Positions 1-9,249 of a DNA stretch of 32,000 nt are shown here, piece after piece (positions within the stretch are counted from its first letter, which is position 1; the number at the start of each line of letters is the position of its first letter). Source of the DNA: an uncultured Gemmatimonadaceae bacterium (GTDB lineage: Bacteria; Gemmatimonadota; Gemmatimonadetes; Gemmatimonadales; Gemmatimonadaceae); assembly GCA_964616815.1 (NCBI GenBank), contig CAZTTY010000009.1, forward strand, positions 23,735-55,734, in the 5' to 3' direction. A model generated the notes under the pieces. The model saw nothing but the letters and a program-made list of their open reading frames with translations, made no database searches and was not told where the DNA came from. The translations under genes and the position numbers were made by a program.

Positions 1-546
1 CGTTCGCCTTCCGGGGGTAGCGAGCACCCCGTCGCCGTGATCGAAGAGAGCCAACTCCTCGCCGATGAACTGTCCGGGAGCGGTGCATTCACACGCCGAT
101 CGGCATGCGACGCCGCTTTCATCTGTCGCGAAGATTGCCGCGCCGATCGTCTGGCAGACGGAATGGGTCACCTCGTACGGATAGGAGGCTGGGAGCCCGC
201 AGGAGGCAACGCCTGCATCGCTCACCACGTCGACGACTTCGAGAGGTTGCACCGTGAATTCGACGAGGTCGGGGCGTTCCGATTCCCTGACGTCGTCCAG
301 TTCGAAGCCGCTAGCTCTGAAGTACGCACGCGCCTGGGCGGCCGCGACTGACTGCGTTGCGTTCAGGTAGAGGACGCCGAACGATCCGGGGGCGTTCCAT
401 CTCCCGCCATATTTCTGGCTGTACGATGTGTCGCCTGGATCTTCCCAGTCCGGGCCGCAAACGCGCCATGTTCTGCCGCCACGTGAGGTGGTTGGCCATC
501 TCGATGATCCGGCCCGCGGCGATCCGGTGTCTGCCTTTCTTGCCAT
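1..546 (-). CDS. RES-domain toxin (partial; 3' end lies beyond the left window edge)
   Basis: Absent from the ORF track because it runs off the edge. The minus-strand frame from ATG 546 reads MARKADTGS...TWRVCGPDWEDPGDTSYSQKYGGRWNAPGSFGVLYLNATQSVAAAQARAYF...GVACRSACE...GEELALFDHG. The WRV...GGRWN-PG-x-GVLYL core is typical of RES toxins. The ATG lies 17 nt downstream of the stop of an Xre/ParS-type antitoxin. The start codon choice is uncertain. Confidence 0.7.
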   Translation of the reverse strand, partial: MARKADTGSPRAGSSRWPTTSRGGRTWRVCGPDWEDPGDTSYSQKYGGRWNAPGSFGVLYLNATQSVAAAQARAYFRASGFELDDVRESERPDLVEFTVQPLEVVDVVSDAGVASCGLPASYPYEVTHSVCQTIGAAIFATDESGVACRSACECTAPGQFIGEELALFDHGDGVLATPGRRT

Positions 547-563
547 TCGAGATCGGGCTCGTG

Positions 564-1358
564 TCAAACCAGCTGGTAGGAGAAGAGCGCCCGGAGATGG
601 TCGAGCAACGCGATCGGGCCGTCCGCCTGTAGCACTTCCAGCATGGACCTCCCATCCAGACGGTCCGACGGACGCCGGATGATGGCGGGTATGCGTTCGG
701 CCTTGAGTTTCTCACCCAGGTAGCGTGTGACTTCGAGAACGCGGTCGATCTCGGCGCGGCGTGCGGGCGGAGCTCCTCGAATGGACCACTGCTCGAGGGC
801 CTGGCGCTTGACGCCGAAAATCCGTGCTAGCTCCGCCATACTGAGGTCGAGAGTCGTCCGGATCTCGTCTATGGGCGTCCGGGCCCCCACGACGATCGCG
901 AGCTCCTCGCTCAACAATCTGAACAACTCGGCCTCGGGAACCTTGATATGGCTCAGGGTGGCAAGGGCGCTCAGATGCTCGACGCGAGGAGGCGTGAGCT
1001 GTGCGGCGCGGAGGCCGTATTCCGCTGCCACTTCGCGCACATGATCGGTATAGGCCAGCCACAAACCGTAGCGGGGGGCAGACAGCCTCCATGCGGAGAA
1101 CGGTGCCCGCAGAGGCGCCTGCTCTACTGACAGACGGATACGCAGAAGGAGTGGGTCCGACGGGTAGTCATGAAAGGCGGTAGTGATGGCGAGATGCAGC
1201 CAGTTCACCGACTCGCGAATGAATGCAGCCGCATCGGCGCGCGATCCGGTTTGTTCGACGCGCAGGAGTGCCGCCTCCGCGCGCCGCAATGGGGCTGGCT
1301 CCCTTCCCCGGAGCAACTCATCGACGGAGTCCTCCAACAAGCTTTCGGTGTCCGGCAT
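564..1358 (-). CDS. Xre/MbcA/ParS-type antitoxin (HTH plus DUF2384-like toxin-binding C-terminus), unusually long at 264 aa
   Basis: Track ORF 564..1832 trimmed to the internal ATG at 1358, which has GGAGGGAG 7 nt upstream. The discarded 158 N-terminal codons are Arg/Cys-rich junk. An HTH-like segment reads LSMAELARIFGVKRQALEQWS. The C-terminus RPSDRLDGRSMLEVLQADGPIALLDHLRALF resembles the DUF2384 domain of RES-partner antitoxins. Confidence 0.75.
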   Translation of the reverse strand: MPDTESLLEDSVDELLRGREPAPLRRAEAALLRVEQTGSRADAAAFIRESVNWLHLAITTAFHDYPSDPLLLRIRLSVEQAPLRAPFSAWRLSAPRYGLWLAYTDHVREVAAEYGLRAAQLTPPRVEHLSALATLSHIKVPEAELFRLLSEELAIVVGARTPIDEIRTTLDLSMAELARIFGVKRQALEQWSIRGAPPARRAEIDRVLEVTRYLGEKLKAERIPAIIRRPSDRLDGRSMLEVLQADGPIALLDHLRALFSYQLV

Positions 1359-1406
1359 GGCCCGTCTCCCTCCGAGGCATTGGCGAGATTCCTGGACTCG
1401 AATGCA

Positions 1407-1435
1407 AGTATAATGCAAGCGCAAGCATTTTGCAA
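1407..1435 (-). promoter_or_regulatory. Candidate sigma70-type promoter TTGCAA-17 nt-TATACT for the antitoxin/RES operon
   Basis: Read on the minus strand: TTGCAA (1435-1430), a 17-nt spacer, then TATACT (1412-1407), about 50 nt upstream of ATG 1358. It sits within four GCAAG/CTTGC repeats at 1404, 1415, 1421 and 1432. Confidence 0.45.
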
Positions 1436-1887
1436 GCTTCGGTGCCGTGCGACCGTGAGGTCTGCGGTGCTCAGCTCGCGGGAGCTGCGCGTTCCACGCG
1501 GTGTGTCGGACACTCGTTTCACTCGAAGCCGGGCTGAACCGCCCTGGGAACGCCGGTCGGCCCGTCGCGGAGGGCCGGGCGTCAGCCGGGGGCTCATCGC
1601 CCAACATCGCCCGTCGGTGACGCGCCTGAAACGATCGCCGCACCATTCGGCGCGTTCTCCGCACGCGGCTCGTCCTTCTGCAGCGGTGTCCCATCGTCGT
1701 TGCCACCTGCATAGAAGATCGCGTCGCTCGACTTGAACAGCACGCCCTCTCTGCGCAGGTGACCATCTCCGCCGGCCTAGCGCAACGCTCGGCTCTCTTG
1801 CTACTGCTCGGCTCGCTCTCGTAGCTTGGCACTGACCTGGCGCTCGCCAGCCGTCAGCCGTCACTCACTACCTGGAGCCATCCTGCG

Positions 1888-2511
1888 ATGCCGCGCGACG
1901 CCGCCCAGCCTGCAATTGACCGACACGCTCTCGCTCTGGTCGCGGACGCGGCGACCGAGCAGGCGCTGGTCAGGGCGATCCAGCAGGGCGACGTGGAGGC
2001 GTTCCGGACTCTGCACGAGCGCTACGCCGTGGAGCTCCTCCGTTTCGCGCACAGCTACCTGCGCTCGCGCGACGATGCGGAGGAGATCGTGCAGGATCTC
2101 TTCCTGTGGATCTGGGAGCATCGCCACGAATGGAACGCGCCGGGCGGGGTACGGCCCTACCTCTTCAAGGCGACCCGTAACCGGGCCCACGGCTGGTTGC
2201 GGAAGCGGCGCACGCAGGAGCTCTTCTCCATGCGCGTGAGCCAGGGACACGACTCGGCCGCTTCCACTCCCGCCTCGCCGCCCGATCCGCTGATGGCCAC
2301 TACGGCCGGTGAGCTCGATGCGGTCCTGTCCGAAACCGTCGCGGCTCTGCCGCCGCGCTGCCGCGAGGTGTTCCTGCTCGTGCGCGAGTGTGGCCTGCCG
2401 CACGGCGAGGTCGCCGCGCTGCTCGACATCTCGCCCAAGACTGTCGAGGTCCACATGAACCGCGCGCTCGGTGCTCTGCGTCGGCGCGTGGCGGAGTGGC
2501 GCGGGGGCTGA
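1888..2511 (+). CDS. ECF-type RNA polymerase sigma-70 family factor
   Basis: Region 2-like DAEEIVQDLFLWIWEHRHEW. Region 4 HTH LPPRCREVFLLVRECGLPHGEVAALLDISPKTVEVHMNRALGALRRRV. GGAG lies about 10 nt upstream of the ATG. A FecR-type gene follows. Confidence 0.9.
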   Translation: MPRDAAQPAIDRHALALVADAATEQALVRAIQQGDVEAFRTLHERYAVELLRFAHSYLRSRDDAEEIVQDLFLWIWEHRHEWNAPGGVRPYLFKATRNRAHGWLRKRRTQELFSMRVSQGHDSAASTPASPPDPLMATTAGELDAVLSETVAALPPRCREVFLLVRECGLPHGEVAALLDISPKTVEVHMNRALGALRRRVAEWRGG

Positions 2512-2614
2512 CTGGCGCCTGCGGCGGCGGGTCGCGCCGGTCCGCCTTCGAATGTGCTTGTAAGGAATGGCGCCGGCTGGCGCGTAGTTCGGGCAACCAA
2601 GTCCACGACGCCAC

Positions 2615-3718
2615 ATGCCCGAACCCACTTCTACTCCCTCCGACTCCGAGCTGGCCCGCTACCTGGCGGGCGACGCGGGTCCGCACATCGCCCAGCGGAT
2701 CGAGCGTTGGCTGGAAGCCGCGTCCGAGAACCGGCAGCGACTCGACGACCTGCGCCTCGCCCTGGATGCGACCGAGCCGCCGAGGATCGGGTGGGATCCC
2801 GAAGCATCGTGGCAGCGGCTGGCCCAACAGTTGGAGCCGGCGCGCCGGCCTGAGATCGTCCGTACCAGAACGACGCCACCTCGTACGCCATGGCTCGCGC
2901 CGAGTGCGCCGGCGTCGAGTTGGTACGGCCGCGCGCTGATCGCTGCGGGGCTCGGCGCCATCGCCGTTGCCGGCTGGCACTTCCACGGCGGGCCGGCAGC
3001 ACGGCAGGAGCCGGCACGGTCGGTCGTGGAGCGAGTCACGCAGCGGGGCGAGCAGATGTCGTTCCGGCTGGCCGATGGTACCGCGGTCATGCTCGGTCCC
3101 GAGAGTCGGCTGCGCTATTCCGCGGCGTACGGCGATGGCGCGCGTGTCGTGGAGCTCGAGGGCGACGGATACTTCGAGGTGCTTCACGATGCGGCCCGGC
3201 CGTTCGTGGTACGCACTCCCGGGGCCGTGATCCGCGACTTCGGCACCCGCTTCGTGGTGAGCGCACGTGCCGGCGCCGCCGCCGTGGATGTCGCGGTCGC
3301 CGAAGGGGTGGTCGCGCTCGCGCGGGACGTGGCGCAGGGGGCGGGGGGCGCGGCGACGGACAGCGCCATCGCGCATCGGCCGCTGCGCCCCGACAGCGTC
3401 GTCCTCTCGCCTGGCGATGCGGCCAGCGTCGCCGAAGCCGGGGTAGCCGGCGTGCGCCGGGGCGTCGACATCCAGCGCTACCTGGGTTGGACCCGGGGAC
3501 AGCTCGTGTTCGAGCGGACTCCGCTCCCCCGAGTGGTGGAGGAGCTGGAGCGCTGGTACGACGTCGACATCGGGCTGGCCGGCCGGGAGCTCGATGACCG
3601 CTTTCTCACCGCCACTTTCCGTGACAAGCCGGTAACCGAGGTCCTCGATCTGCTCGCGGCCTCGCTCGACATCGATGTGTCGCGGGATGGGCGGCGGTTC
3701 GTGTTGTCCGCCCGGTAG
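2615..3718 (+). CDS. FecR-family anti-sigma factor / transmembrane sensor
   Basis: Central FecR-like block GTAVMLGPESRLRY...VELEGDGYFEV...PFVVRTPGAVIRDFGTRFVV. C-terminal block TPLPRVVEELERWYDVDI...FRDKPVTEVLDLLAASLDIDV. Located between an ECF sigma gene and a TonB-dependent transducer gene. Confidence 0.9.
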   Translation: MPEPTSTPSDSELARYLAGDAGPHIAQRIERWLEAASENRQRLDDLRLALDATEPPRIGWDPEASWQRLAQQLEPARRPEIVRTRTTPPRTPWLAPSAPASSWYGRALIAAGLGAIAVAGWHFHGGPAARQEPARSVVERVTQRGEQMSFRLADGTAVMLGPESRLRYSAAYGDGARVVELEGDGYFEVLHDAARPFVVRTPGAVIRDFGTRFVVSARAGAAAVDVAVAEGVVALARDVAQGAGGAATDSAIAHRPLRPDSVVLSPGDAASVAEAGVAGVRRGVDIQRYLGWTRGQLVFERTPLPRVVEELERWYDVDIGLAGRELDDRFLTATFRDKPVTEVLDLLAASLDIDVSRDGRRFVLSAR

Positions 3719-3751
3719 GGCGTTCTCCTCCCTCCAGTTATAGAGGTATCA

Positions 3752-6481
3752 ATGCGCCCGTGTGTGCTGCATCGTTCGAAGGGAGTGTCATGTCTGCTCG
3801 CCGCCGCGTTGCTGGCGGCGGCGATGGCCACTGCGACCAGCGCCGAGGCTCAGGTGGTTGCGTCGGCCGACGCGACTGCGCCCCGCTTTCTCGTAGCATC
3901 CGGGAGTGCCGGGCAACGCGTCGAGGTCGACGCCGGCACGGTGCGGCCGCTGCAGCGCACCGTGGCTCTCGCGCTCGACGGAGCGACGGTCGCCGAGGCG
4001 CTCGATGCGATCGGTCGTCGGGCGGAGCTCATGCTCACCTACGATCCGGCGATCATGCGCGCGGGCCGGCGCGTCACCATCCGTTCGGCCGGACTCCCGG
4101 TCGCTACCGCTCTCGCCGAGGTGCTCGCCGGCTCGGGGCTGGACGTGCTCGTATCGGGCGGCGGACACCTGGCGATCGTTCCGCGGCGGGAGCTGGCGGT
4201 GCGCGATACGGGGAGCATCACCGGGCGGGTGACGGATGCAAAGACCCGGGAGGAGCTCGTAGGAGCGATCGTCACGGTCGATGGCACGGAGCTGCGCGGC
4301 ACGACCGGCTCGAGCGGTAGCTTCCGCCTCGACGGGGTTCCGGCCGGATCGCGCACGCTGCGGGTGCGGTACATCGGGTACGTGCCGGCTACCCTCGGCG
4401 TCGTGGTGCCGTCGGGCCGGGAGGCGATCGCCGATGTGCTGCTCGCGCGGTCGGTGCAGCCGCTGGAGCAGGTAGTGGTCACGGGCACCGTGGTCGAGAC
4501 CGAGGTGAAGGCGCTGCCGAGTCCGATAACTGTCGTGACGGCCGAAGACATTCAGCGCGGCAACGTGCAGCGGATCGACCAGCTCTTCCGGGGCATGGTG
4601 CCCGGCACCACGTCGTGGGACAATGGCACGAACGACTGGTTCACCACCATCCGGATCCGCGGCTCCACGGATCTCAGCGGCTTTCCGTCGATCAAGACCT
4701 ACGTAGACGGGGTGGCGGTGGCCGACCCGGCCTCCATCTCGAACATCGACCCCGAGATCGTCGAGCGGATCGAGGTAATCCGTGGCCCGCAGGCCTCCAC
4801 CATCTACGGGTCCGGCGCGATCGATGGAGTGATCCAGATCTTCACGAAGAAGGGCCGGGCCGGGCTCGACCGGCCAGAAGTGCGCGGGAAAGTGAGCGTC
4901 GGCTCGGTCGACCGTGCCTACGAGGCCGGCCAGTCGTTGCGCCAGGATCACAGTCTGCAGATCGAAGGCGGCGGCTCTGGTTTCACGTACTTCGCGGGTG
5001 GCTCCTACCAGAGCGTCGGGGAGTGGATGCCCGAGTACTACTCGCGCATGCCCAGTCTGAGCGCGGGCGCACGCGTCACTCACGGCTCGCTCACCACGGA
5101 CATCTCGGCGCGCTTCGGGTCGCGGAAGTTCAGCCGTGCCTGGAATACGCAGTTGCGGGATGCGGGCTATCCACCCTTCGCCAAGCCGCCCAACCAGGAC
5201 TACGAGATCGGACAGGGAGCCTACAGCGTGAGCCTGAGCTTCAGGGCGACGCCGCGCTGGGAGCACAATCTGACCGGCGGCTTCGACGGGCAGACGCTCG
5301 AGTATTACACCACCGAGCCGCGATACGTCACGCCAGCGGACTCCCTGCTGAACGTCTTCTCGTCCCGGTGGGGGCAGCTCTCGGCGCGCTACACGACCAC
5401 CTACCGGCTGTCGCCCGGGGAAGGCGGCGGATCGTCTGTGACCGCCGGGATCGACTACTCCTCGCTCCACCACTCGCAGCTCTATGCCGCCAACGCGAGC
5501 CGCAGGGAGGGCGACATCGACGGGCAGCGATACATCTTCAGCCGCCTCCCGAGCGACAACTTCGCGGCATTCGTGCAGGCGCAGGTGGGGGTGGCCGACG
5601 CCCTCTTCATCACCGGAGGCGTCCGCGCCGACCGGGGCTCGACGTTCGGCAGCGATGTCGGGACGAAGATCGCACCGCGCATCGGAGCGACGCTGGTGCG
5701 GGAGGTCGGTGCGCTGACGGTCAAGAGCCGCGCTTCGTACGGCGAGTCGATCCGGCCGCCGCAGGTGCAACATCAGCAGGCTTTGATGACTCCCACCGTG
5801 CAGCAGCTCAGCAACCCGGATCTCGCTCCCGAGCGCCAGCATGGGTGGGATGCCGGCGTGGACCTCTATGCGGGATACAGGGCTTCGCTCAGCGTCACCT
5901 ACTACGACCAGACTGCCACGGACCTCATCGACCTCGTCATTCTCGATGCCGGAGCGCAGCCGCGAACGCAGCAATACCAGAACGTCGGTATCGTGAGGAA
6001 CACGGGATGGGAGCTCGAGGCCGAGCTCCGCCCCACCCCCTCGCTCGCGCTCTCCGGAAGTCTGACTCGCATGAACAGCGTCGTGCGCCGGCTCTCGCCC
6101 ACCTATACCGGAGAGCTGCGCACGGGAGACGATCTGCTCGGAATACCGCGCTACACCGCCGGCGCCATGATAGCGTACTCCCCCGGCCCGCTGCGGCTCA
6201 GCGTCGAGGCCACGCTACTCGGCCGCTGGGTGGAGCGCGACTGGCTCGCCTACTACGGAGTCCTCTACGCGCACGAGCCGTCGCGCGGAACTCTGCGCGA
6301 GTACTGGATGGATTATCCCGCGGTCAGGAAGTTCAACGTGGCCGCATCGCGCGACGTGACGGATCACGCGGAGGCGTTCCTTCGGATCGACAATCTGACT
6401 GGCAACCGCGCCTACGAGCGTGTGAACGTCGAGACGGCCATGGGTCGCGCGGTGACGGCCGGGCTGCGGCTCCGCTATTGA
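3752..6481 (+). CDS. TonB-dependent receptor/transducer with N-terminal STN signalling domain and carboxypeptidase-regulatory-like domain
   Basis: Signal peptide CLLAAALLAAAMATATSAEAQ. STN-like TVAEALDAIGRRAELMLTYDP. CarbopepD_reg-like GSITGRVTDAKTREELVGAIVTVDGTELRGTTGSSGSFRLDGVPAGSRTLRVRYIGY. Plug-like ITVVTAEDIQRGNVQRIDQLFRGMVPG. Long beta-barrel ending in the aromatic residue of ...GLRLRY. Confidence 0.9.
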   Translation: MRPCVLHRSKGVSCLLAAALLAAAMATATSAEAQVVASADATAPRFLVASGSAGQRVEVDAGTVRPLQRTVALALDGATVAEALDAIGRRAELMLTYDPAIMRAGRRVTIRSAGLPVATALAEVLAGSGLDVLVSGGGHLAIVPRRELAVRDTGSITGRVTDAKTREELVGAIVTVDGTELRGTTGSSGSFRLDGVPAGSRTLRVRYIGYVPATLGVVVPSGREAIADVLLARSVQPLEQVVVTGTVVETEVKALPSPITVVTAEDIQRGNVQRIDQLFRGMVPGTTSWDNGTNDWFTTIRIRGSTDLSGFPSIKTYVDGVAVADPASISNIDPEIVERIEVIRGPQASTIYGSGAIDGVIQIFTKKGRAGLDRPEVRGKVSVGSVDRAYEAGQSLRQDHSLQIEGGGSGFTYFAGGSYQSVGEWMPEYYSRMPSLSAGARVTHGSLTTDISARFGSRKFSRAWNTQLRDAGYPPFAKPPNQDYEIGQGAYSVSLSFRATPRWEHNLTGGFDGQTLEYYTTEPRYVTPADSLLNVFSSRWGQLSARYTTTYRLSPGEGGGSSVTAGIDYSSLHHSQLYAANASRREGDIDGQRYIFSRLPSDNFAAFVQAQVGVADALFITGGVRADRGSTFGSDVGTKIAPRIGATLVREVGALTVKSRASYGESIRPPQVQHQQALMTPTVQQLSNPDLAPERQHGWDAGVDLYAGYRASLSVTYYDQTATDLIDLVILDAGAQPRTQQYQNVGIVRNTGWELEAELRPTPSLALSGSLTRMNSVVRRLSPTYTGELRTGDDLLGIPRYTAGAMIAYSPGPLRLSVEATLLGRWVERDWLAYYGVLYAHEPSRGTLREYWMDYPAVRKFNVAASRDVTDHAEAFLRIDNLTGNRAYERVNVETAMGRAVTAGLRLRY

Positions 6482-6539
6482 AAGGCGCCATGAATCATCG
6501 CGCTGCCGGTCCCACTGCCGCGCGCGACGCCGTGAAGCG

Positions 6540-9131
6540 ATGACTACTTCTTTCGACATTCGCGCGGGTGTGCGGAGACGGATCCGGATGGTGGCCATGG
6601 CGGCGCTCCTGGCGCTCGCCTGCACGCTTCCCGGCGCTCCCCTCGGATCCCAGAGCGCGCGCGGCAGGCCGCTCACGCTCGGCGATCTCCTCGCCATGCA
6701 GACGATCTACGAGGTGGTACCGTCGCCGGACGGCGAGTGGTTCGCGGTGACGATCGTCCGCGGACGCACGGGGAACGAGATTTACGGTCAACCCGATCTG
6801 TTCGGTGCATCGCGCGCCGACATCTGGATAGTGCCCAGGCGTGGTGGCGAAGCTCGCAACATCACGCACGGAGCGCGTGATGGGGCGGGATACTGGAACC
6901 CGGTCTGGTCCCCGGATTCACGGCGCATGGCCGTGCTCTCGACGGCCGGAGGCGACAACATCCGCCTATACGTGCTGGACCGCACGGGCGGAACCGTTCG
7001 GCGACTGGCCGAGGATGGAATAGACGTCGAGATGAACGCGGGAGGCGTCTCGTTCCTTTCGCGCGTCGCCGCCGCCTGGACGAGCGACACGACACTACTC
7101 TGCTCCCTCCTGCCGCCGGGAGAGCTCCCGCGATTCTTCACCCGGGGCGTCGCCTTTGCACCGATGGCGTTGCGCGAATGGAACCGGATGCGGCGCGGCG
7201 CGGAACCCACTGCAAGTGTGCTCGAGTCGGGCGTCACCGTCGGCCGCCCATCGCGCCGCCTGGTGTCGATCGATGTCGAGTCGGGGAAGACCGAGCTGCT
7301 GGCCGAGGGGGCGTTCGCCAGCGCGACCCTGTCGCCGGACCGCGGGAGCGTCCTGCTCACCGAGGACACCGCCGCGTTCCTCCCAGCCGTGGACGAGCCG
7401 ATCGCGTATCCGCCCAACAACAACGTGTACCAGCATGTGATGCTCATGCATCGCAGGGTCGGTCTGCTCTCGCTGGGATCGCGCGATGCCGGGGTCCGCT
7501 GGATAGTGGGGTCCGCGGATCCGCAGGTGAATCACGCGGCCTTCGGCCCGGTGTGGTCTGCCGATGGAAGCGCGGTTGCGTGGCTGGCCGGGAATCTGGA
7601 GGCGCAGTCGGGCGGCGCGAGCTTCGCGATGCTGCTCGCCATCGGCTCGGGGTCGAAAGCGGTCCGGCTCGGGGGCCGAGGTTTTCGAGCGACGAGACTC
7701 GCGTGGGCGGGATCGGAGCTGCTGGTCCGGGGAAGGATGGACGCCGCCCCGACCGCGAGCCCCGGCGGAGAGCGGGAGGAGTGGTGGATCGTCGATGCCG
7801 GAGCGCCCGAAGCTCCGCCGCGTCCCATCACCACACGTCTCGCCGCGGTTCCCGCTCTACTCTGGGGCACGGGCGCTCCCCACGGCGTGGCGGGGGTCGC
7901 GGACGGAAGACTCTGGGAGATCGACACCCGGAGCGGCAATGCGACCGACATCACCCCGGCTTCCGTATCCGCGATCGAGGGAGTTTCGTGGCCCTCCGCT
8001 CTGGAGCTGGCCCGCGGGCGTGTCGCCGAAGTCGTCGTGTCGGCACGCGGGAGCGGGGAGGGCGAGTCGCATCGGGTCCGCATAACTGGTGGGTCCGCGG
8101 TCGCGCAGAAGCTGATCGCGCCCGCCCCCGAGGCGAAGCTCGCCGCGTTCGCGCCCGCGACCCGCACCGCGGTATTCGAGCGGCACGGTCCGGATGGGAC
8201 CTTTCTCTGGACCACCGACGCGCGGCGAGAGGGAGCGCACGATGGCGCGCCCCGCCTGGCCTTGAACGAGTACATGGCGGAGATCGCGGAGGGGAAGCAC
8301 TCGGTCGTGGAGTACTCCGGCGACGGCGGTCAGCGGCTGTGGGCGACGCTCATCCTTCCCCTGGACTACGAAGAGGGGAAGCGCTATCCGCTGGTGGTCG
8401 AGGTGTACGCCGGACATCGAGTCGCCTCGGAGCCGCGCTCGCCCGGGAGCGCCAAGGAGTATCCCAATCCTCAGCACAACCGACAGCTACTGGCCGCGCG
8501 GGGGTACGCGGTTCTCATCCCGAGTCTCCCCATGCCGTCCGGTACGGCGGCCGCGGACCCGTTCTTCGAGATGGCCCGGAACGCGCTGCCGGCGGTGGAC
8601 CGGGTCGTGGATCTCGGAATAGCCGATCCGGACCGTCTCGCACTCGTGGGCCACAGCTACGGTGGTTACGCGGCGCTCTCCATCCTAGCCCAGACGCGGC
8701 GGTTCAAGGCAGCGGTGATCAGCGCCGTACACTCCGACCTCCTCAGGTATCACCACAGCTTCCGGGTCACGCATCGGTACTACCCGTTCGCAGAGGATCT
8801 GCGGCAGTACATCATGGCCGGGCTGGAGGCTCCCACCGCGACGCTGCGACTCGGCGCCTCGCCGTGGCGGGACTATCTGCGATACATCCGCAACAGCCCC
8901 GTCTTCCATCTCGATCGCATCGAGACGCCGATTCTTCTGATGCACGGTGAGCTGGACGGGGTGCCCATCCAGCAGGCGGAGGAGGTGTTCATGGGCCTCC
9001 ACCGGATGGGCGGGCGTGTGCGCTTCGTCCGGTACTGGGGCGAGGCACACAACCTCGACTCGCCGGCGAATCTACGTGACAAGTGGAGCCGGACCTTCGA
9101 GTGGCTGGACGAATACCTCGGCGTCGATTGA
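6540..9131 (+). CDS. S9 (prolyl oligopeptidase family) serine peptidase with N-terminal beta-propeller
   Basis: The N-terminal half has TolB/DPP-IV-like repeats (WSPDSRRMAVLSTAGGDNIRLYVLD). The C-terminal alpha/beta hydrolase part has nucleophile motif GHSYGGYAA, acid in MHGELDGVP and His in WGEAHNL. A signal-like stretch reads MVAMAALLALACTLPGAPLGS. Confidence 0.9.
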   Translation: MTTSFDIRAGVRRRIRMVAMAALLALACTLPGAPLGSQSARGRPLTLGDLLAMQTIYEVVPSPDGEWFAVTIVRGRTGNEIYGQPDLFGASRADIWIVPRRGGEARNITHGARDGAGYWNPVWSPDSRRMAVLSTAGGDNIRLYVLDRTGGTVRRLAEDGIDVEMNAGGVSFLSRVAAAWTSDTTLLCSLLPPGELPRFFTRGVAFAPMALREWNRMRRGAEPTASVLESGVTVGRPSRRLVSIDVESGKTELLAEGAFASATLSPDRGSVLLTEDTAAFLPAVDEPIAYPPNNNVYQHVMLMHRRVGLLSLGSRDAGVRWIVGSADPQVNHAAFGPVWSADGSAVAWLAGNLEAQSGGASFAMLLAIGSGSKAVRLGGRGFRATRLAWAGSELLVRGRMDAAPTASPGGEREEWWIVDAGAPEAPPRPITTRLAAVPALLWGTGAPHGVAGVADGRLWEIDTRSGNATDITPASVSAIEGVSWPSALELARGRVAEVVVSARGSGEGESHRVRITGGSAVAQKLIAPAPEAKLAAFAPATRTAVFERHGPDGTFLWTTDARREGAHDGAPRLALNEYMAEIAEGKHSVVEYSGDGGQRLWATLILPLDYEEGKRYPLVVEVYAGHRVASEPRSPGSAKEYPNPQHNRQLLAARGYAVLIPSLPMPSGTAAADPFFEMARNALPAVDRVVDLGIADPDRLALVGHSYGGYAALSILAQTRRFKAAVISAVHSDLLRYHHSFRVTHRYYPFAEDLRQYIMAGLEAPTATLRLGASPWRDYLRYIRNSPVFHLDRIETPILLMHGELDGVPIQQAEEVFMGLHRMGGRVRFVRYWGEAHNLDSPANLRDKWSRTFEWLDEYLGVD

Positions 9132-9161
9132 TGCTCCACCGGGTGATGCTCCACCGGGTGA
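9129..9161. repeat. Perfect 15-bp tandem duplication TGATGCTCCACCGGG x2 followed by TGA; the first copy contains the peptidase stop codon
   Basis: Direct reading gives TGATGCTCCACCGGG at 9129-9143 and again at 9144-9158, then TGA at 9159-9161. This places three in-frame TGA codons 15 nt apart. The core GATGCTCC recurs at 9335 and 16435. Confidence 0.9.
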
Positions 9162-9249
9162 CGGCGGCGTGGCTCGGGGTCCCTCGCTGCTCCCGACTGC
9201 CCACTGCACGGCGTACGGAGCACCCGAGGTGTCGAGCAGCCGGTCGGTA

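Noticed and set aside
1359-1832. 158-codon N-terminal extension of the Xre antitoxin ORF, plus overlapping ORFs 1170..1736 and 1205..1864
   Set aside because: The sequences are Arg/Cys/Ser-rich. A strong Shine-Dalgarno and a promoter-like element sit directly before the internal ATG at 1358, and they would lie inside the extension.
3788-5974. 728-aa minus-strand ORF
   Set aside because: It is entirely antisense to the well-supported TonB-dependent receptor gene. Its composition is Arg/Gly/Pro-rich and low-complexity, which is typical of spurious open frames in high-G+C DNA.
7178-8950. 590-aa plus-strand ORF in an alternative frame of the S9 peptidase
   Set aside because: It occupies the same strand in a different frame. 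The translation is a monotonous Arg/Gly run, while the peptidase frame holds the catalytic motifs.
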